Positions 59,636-64,000 of a stretch of 64,000 nt of DNA are shown in pieces. Numbering within the stretch: position 1 is the first letter of the stretch; each line of letters starts with the position of its first letter. Source of the stretch: Candidatus Cloacimonadales bacterium (GTDB lineage: Bacteria > Cloacimonadota > Cloacimonadia > Cloacimonadales > JAFGVF01); the NCBI GenBank assembly GCA_963667035.1, contig OY762964.1:1536001-1600000 (forward strand). The letters are read 5' to 3'. The notes beneath the pieces were generated by a model. It saw only the letters and a program-made list of their open reading frames with translations, did not search any database and had not been told where the DNA came from. The position numbers were made by a program, and so were the translations under genes.

Positions 59636-59975
59636 AATACCTCTTTTAGCATGCATATTATTTTTTTAAACTATAGATACTCATGGTTGTCAAGTATGAT
59701 TAATGATTATCATGCATCCCCTGTTCTTTCTTAATGCCATGACATCATTAACATCTCTTGATACTTATTACAAAGTATGAGTCTCCTATCTCTGAATAGT
59801 TCATTAACTACTGATGCAAGTCGACTAATAAACAAACTTAGGCAAACTTGACGACTTCTCTTTGTCAAAGACTACATAACTAAACAATTATCAATTAAGA
59901 AGTTATATTTTAAAGCACCGGTCATGTTTGCTTCATTTGTCTCCCGAACGTGACCAATATAGTACTTACTTTGGG

Positions 59976-60803
59976 TTACAAGAGAACCGGATTTATCTTT
60001 ACATCCTCGTTTTGAATAGCCCTAGCATATTTCCTTGCCGGCTTTCCAAAGATAAGTGCCGCCTCTACCACATGGTCCTCAGGTATCCCGATTATCTGTT
60101 TTACTTCCGGAGCAATACTATTAAGCATATACAGGGCAAATCCATCCCATAGTGTTCCAAATCCATGACTATTGGCTAGCAACTCAAAATAACTCATTGC
60201 AATGCAACTATCAGTCTGAGGAGATGAACAGTCTTTGGACGCAGAAGTTATCAGCATATGTGGTGCATCTCTGAAAATGATATCAATCCCTTTATTAAAC
60301 CACATCTCTTGGAAGTTATTGAAGTATAGAAGTGATTCGGGGACTTTTTGGTTTTCACAAGCTTCTTTAACATGATTGTAAACTAGCTTTCTTAGCTTAT
60401 TCATCTCTTCTCTATTATCCACGACAGTGAATAGTACAGCATTATCATTTTTTGCAGTAGGTGCATAGGACGCAGTTGTGACTAATTCATGGATTAATGC
60501 TTTATCCACATCTTCCTTCTTGAATTTGCGGATTGATCTTCTGGTTTTAATCAGGCGTTCCATCTCGTCTGGTTTGGGTATAACATCTGAAGAAAGTAGG
60601 CTATTCTCAGGTACTTTTCCCAAAATGGAGATTGCTCCGGTGGGGCAGATTGCCAGGCAATGCTGACATCTCAAGCAGTTACCTTCTTTCCCTTCTTTGA
60701 TTGTAGGAAACTCAGTTTTGTTATTAATAATCAAGGTAGGACAATCAGCACTGCATAGTCCGCATTTTATACATTTGTTTGTATCTACTTTAAAGTTAAT
60801 CAT
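59976..60803 (-). CDS. Nitroreductase family protein with N-terminal 2x[4Fe-4S]
   Basis: CIKCGLCSADCP, CLRCQHCLAICP, RRSIRKF, APTAKN. Start corrected to MINFKVD. Confidence 0.9.
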   Translation of the reverse strand: MINFKVDTNKCIKCGLCSADCPTLIINNKTEFPTIKEGKEGNCLRCQHCLAICPTGAISILGKVPENSLLSSDVIPKPDEMERLIKTRRSIRKFKKEDVDKALIHELVTTASYAPTAKNDNAVLFTVVDNREEMNKLRKLVYNHVKEACENQKVPESLLYFNNFQEMWFNKGIDIIFRDAPHMLITSASKDCSSPQTDSCIAMSYFELLANSHGFGTLWDGFALYMLNSIAPEVKQIIGIPEDHVVEAALIFGKPARKYARAIQNEDVKINPVLL

Positions 60804-60816
60804 TTCTTTCTCCAAT

Positions 60817-61743
60817 TTATCGTAATTTGTTTTGAATAAACGCACATATTCGGTTTTTAGCTTCTGTTGCCTCAGTAAACATATTTGCACATGCAGGATA
60901 GCAGTGAATCATACCATCTCCGATAGTAATATCAACAGAAACACCACTTTCTTTAGCTTTTTGGGCAAATCTTATAGAGTCATCTCTAAGAAGTTCATCA
61001 CTACCAGCATAAATCTGTAATGCAGGGAGTCCACTTAAATCTCCATAAATCGGTGATATTAGGGGATTAGATGGATCTTTCTTACCACAATAATGAACTG
61101 CAAAATCAGTCCATGAATCATGCCATGTGAGGGGATCTTTGTCTATATTTGTTTTCAATGATTCGCTTTTATGGGTAAGGTCTGTCCACGGAGATAGAGT
61201 TACAGCACCGGCAGGTAATTCAATTGCGTCTTTCTTTAGAGCTAAGAGCGTTGCCAGAACGAGTCCACCACCTGCTGAATCACCCATAAAGATAATATCT
61301 TGATGGTTGAATCCGTTACTGAGTAGGTATTGATAAGCTTTTATAGCATCATTAAGTCCATTAGGGAAAGGTTTTTCAGGTGCAAGAGCATAGTTAAACA
61401 CGAGAGCTTTAATGCCACTACCTTTGGTAAATTTGGCTACAATAGCTCTATGAGCCTGAGCATTTCCTATCACATAACCACCACCATGAAAGTAAAGGAT
61501 TGCTTTATTGGAAGGACTATTCCGGGGAGTTAACCATTCAGAATATAATCCATCGATGTCTAGTGGTTCAATCGAAACATTTTTAGGAATCTTACCGAGT
61601 AATCCACTACTTTTTGCCGTTCTTTCCCGAAGTTCTAAAACACCTTTCACAGTTGTGTCAGGTCTTTTACCTTTTAATTTAAATCTGAGTGTACTTGAAA
61701 GACTCAATAGAGAAATAAATAACTTTGCTCTTAATGTTGGCAT
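60817..61743 (-). CDS. Alpha/beta hydrolase (HSL/family IV esterase)
   Basis: HGGGY, GDSAGG, SPWTD, ELLRDD, GMIH. Confidence 0.9.
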   Translation of the reverse strand: MPTLRAKLFISLLSLSSTLRFKLKGKRPDTTVKGVLELRERTAKSSGLLGKIPKNVSIEPLDIDGLYSEWLTPRNSPSNKAILYFHGGGYVIGNAQAHRAIVAKFTKGSGIKALVFNYALAPEKPFPNGLNDAIKAYQYLLSNGFNHQDIIFMGDSAGGGLVLATLLALKKDAIELPAGAVTLSPWTDLTHKSESLKTNIDKDPLTWHDSWTDFAVHYCGKKDPSNPLISPIYGDLSGLPALQIYAGSDELLRDDSIRFAQKAKESGVSVDITIGDGMIHCYPACANMFTEATEAKNRICAFIQNKLR

Positions 61744-62465
61744 TAACTTACCTCTTAATAATCATAGTACTAAGAGTATAAATTGTCCGCTTTAGTCAAG
61801 TCCAAAGTTGATGTTATGAATCACTACTATCGACAGTTTAACTATGACCCTGAGATGACTTTTATCATACAAGGATTTCCTTTAATTGCTTTTTAGCTTG
61901 AACATAGAAATATGGATGAGTGTTTACAAAATACACTTGTAATTAGCATACTAATCCCTTCAAACAAGAAACCTAAAATTATCAATATCTTTGTAGGTCG
62001 CGTTATTGCTAAAACTATTATTGTTGGAAGAGATAAAAGCAGTCGTTAATCGGTACCTTATTTTGTTAGATTCCGGTATCTTGTAAATTTCATTAGACCA
62101 TTTATCAAATCCGTATTCTCCCACTGTTTTTCCACTGTGAAGGCACTGCGAACCCGGTGTTTCAGTGCGTGGATAGTGCGTTCGCACTGCCTTCACAGTG
62201 CAAACGCAGTGCGTTGATTAATCGAGCAATGTAAGGAGGTAGAAGTAGCCAAGAAAAAGCGTAAGTCATTGAAAAACACACTGTGTACGTAATTAAAACA
62301 TGTATAAGTTACTTATCGCTATCAGATTGCAAGTAGACTAATAACGATGTGTCTATACTAACGGAAATCTAACAAAATAAACCTAGAGCTAAATCAAAAA
62401 GCTCAATAGTCTGATTTTTATTGACTTGAAACTATCCGGAGTTAGAAAGTGCTAGTGGAGGATTT

Positions 62466-63380
62466 ATGTTTAATACAAAAACAGAATTTTTATATGTATA
62501 TATGTGTGCCAATGGGTACGATAAAGAAACAATGATTAGAGAGTTGGAAATCACCGAAGAAAAATTCAATGAGTTTGAAGATAAATTCAAAGATCAACTG
62601 GCATATCTGAAATCAAATGAAGAAGAGTCGGCAGGTATTGGTGAGAAGTTTAGACAACTTACAAGCTATCAGTTCAAATCCGTTTCAGACCAACAAAACG
62701 GTAAAAAATCACTTCCCCCCTATAAGATAATCGAAGGAGAATTGATAGAGTTACCTCCGGTTAAAGATTATGTGCCAGAAAATGATAGTTTTACCAGTAT
62801 AAACTTGAGCAGAGTCAGCAGAAGAGATTACTCTGACGAGTCATTGACTTTGAAAGAGCTTTCCTACCTTTTATTACATACACAAGGTATAAGAAAAGAG
62901 CTTAAGAACGAGAGAATCCACATAGGGTTCAGATATGTACCGTCAGCCGGATGTAGACATCCCTTTGAGACATATCTTCAGATTAACAGATGCGAAGGAT
63001 TGAAATCCGGTCTTTATTTCTATCGAGCAGACAAGCATGCCTTAGTGCTACTTGACGATTCAGAAACCACTTCAAGTTTATGCACCGATATGTGCTCAGG
63101 TCAATCAATTGTGAAAACAGCCGCAGTAGTATTTATGTGGACGGCAGTTGCCTATAGAACAACATGGAGATACTGTCAGAGAGGTTATAGATATATATAT
63201 CTGGATGCGGGACATGTCGGACAGAATCTTTACCTTGCCTGTGAAGCTCTTAACCTTGGGGTATGCACTATTGGAGCTTTCTTTGACGAGTTGGCAGTAC
63301 CTTATCTGAAAATTGATAATGATACTGAATTCCTGGTTTATGCCGGTGCAGTTGGTAAAAATAAAGAGGAAAACGAATAG
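62466..63380 (+). CDS. SagB/ThcOx-family nitroreductase-like dehydrogenase
   Basis: RVSRRDY, PSAGCRHPFE, Y..RGYRY..LDAGH.GQN. Confidence 0.85.
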   Translation: MFNTKTEFLYVYMCANGYDKETMIRELEITEEKFNEFEDKFKDQLAYLKSNEEESAGIGEKFRQLTSYQFKSVSDQQNGKKSLPPYKIIEGELIELPPVKDYVPENDSFTSINLSRVSRRDYSDESLTLKELSYLLLHTQGIRKELKNERIHIGFRYVPSAGCRHPFETYLQINRCEGLKSGLYFYRADKHALVLLDDSETTSSLCTDMCSGQSIVKTAAVVFMWTAVAYRTTWRYCQRGYRYIYLDAGHVGQNLYLACEALNLGVCTIGAFFDELAVPYLKIDNDTEFLVYAGAVGKNKEENE

Positions 63381-63381
63381 A

Positions 63382-64000
63382 GTGGGAACAATAAATATTC
63401 TTGATACAAATGTCCTTATTCACAATCCAAATGCTATATTCAGCTTTGGAGAGGATAGGGTCGTTATACCGATGGTAGTAATAGAAGAGATTGACCAATT
63501 CAAGAAGAATCTGGATGAAAAGGGTCGTAATGCAAGACAATTAGGTCGCTATCTTGACAGACTGAGAGAACGAGGCTCACTAAAAGACGGAGTTGTAAAC
63601 GATCAGGGAGGAATTATACAGGTTACTGTTATGAATGACTCCATAACCAGCGCGGAAAATGTGTTCTTCCTTGATAAAAATGATAACCTGATTATCGGAA
63701 CCGCTCTCTATTTCAAAGAGAAATATCCCGAGTCTAAAGTTGTGTTATTATCCAAAGATACCAATGTAAGAATAAAAGCTGATGCTATAGGCATTACATC
63801 AAGCAATTATCAAGATGATTTAATCAACTTTGATGAGATGTATACCGGATTCAGAGAGCTAGAGATAACTCAAAGCCAACTTGGTTTATATCTCACTAAC
63901 GGATTCATCTTTGTTGAAGAAGAGTTTGGTGAGTTCTACCCTAATCAGTTTGTGAAGCTTACGTGTACAAATGAACCCTCCACGGAAGACAGCTATGTGC
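63382..64000 (+). CDS. PhoH-family protein with N-terminal PIN domain (PhoH2/YbeZ-like), 3' end outside window
   Basis: Not in the ORF track. GTG start, ILDTNVLIHNP, VVIEEIDQFKK, GRNAR, NDNLI, SKDTNVRIKA, YTG. Confidence 0.85.
   Translation, partial: MGTINILDTNVLIHNPNAIFSFGEDRVVIPMVVIEEIDQFKKNLDEKGRNARQLGRYLDRLRERGSLKDGVVNDQGGIIQVTVMNDSITSAENVFFLDKNDNLIIGTALYFKEKYPESKVVLLSKDTNVRIKADAIGITSSNYQDDLINFDEMYTGFRELEITQSQLGLYLTNGFIFVEEEFGEFYPNQFVKLTCTNEPSTEDSYV

Noticed and set aside
61960..62196. 78-aa minus-strand ORF
   Set aside because: It starts inside the phased repeat tract, has no RBS and no recognisable motif.
46121..63380. RiPP cluster from TldD/E plus SagB-like dehydrogenase
   Set aside because: The genes are about 14 kb apart, and no YcaO or precursor peptide is seen.

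Overview
AT-rich bacterial chromosomal segment from an anaerobic diderm, probably Cloacimonadota or a related FCB-group lineage. This is an inference from the YPNP(F/Y)xP...WDG...SGxYFY C-terminal sorting domains, the transcarboxylase and the hydrogenase-associated regulatory operon. Housekeeping and metabolic content: CPA2 antiporter with PTS IIA, tRNA-Val(TAC) x2 and tRNA-Pro(TGG), a glycosylation operon ending in a PorZ-like protein, aroB and an ABC exporter, a DRTGG/kinase/[FeFe]-hydrogenase-like/PHP operon, a biotin-dependent transcarboxylase, pyrR-pyrF, tldD/E, an ABCG-like exporter, fetAB-like genes, a nitroreductase, an esterase, a SagB-like protein and a partial PhoH gene. The most striking feature is at 28.9-42.5 kb. 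An intact operon A (247 aa) - B (beta-propeller lipoprotein) - C (1486 aa secreted beta-helix protein) is preceded by a duplicated copy of the locus. In that copy A and C are reduced to stubs and B is expanded into five mosaic variants, each bracketed by the 3' end of A and the 5' end of C. This looks like a cassette library for recombinational swapping or gene conversion. Other notable items: a STAND/TPR gene split at an A-AAA-AAG-stop site, a 3.5-kb HEPN/HNH islet bounded by an 87-bp duplication of the fetB 3' end, several 11-bp-phased intergenic repeat elements, a 311-bp palindrome-rich tandem array, an IS4-family element with a 10-bp target duplication, and a dihydroorotase-like protein lacking most metal ligands. 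All calls come from reading the sequence; no database searches were run.
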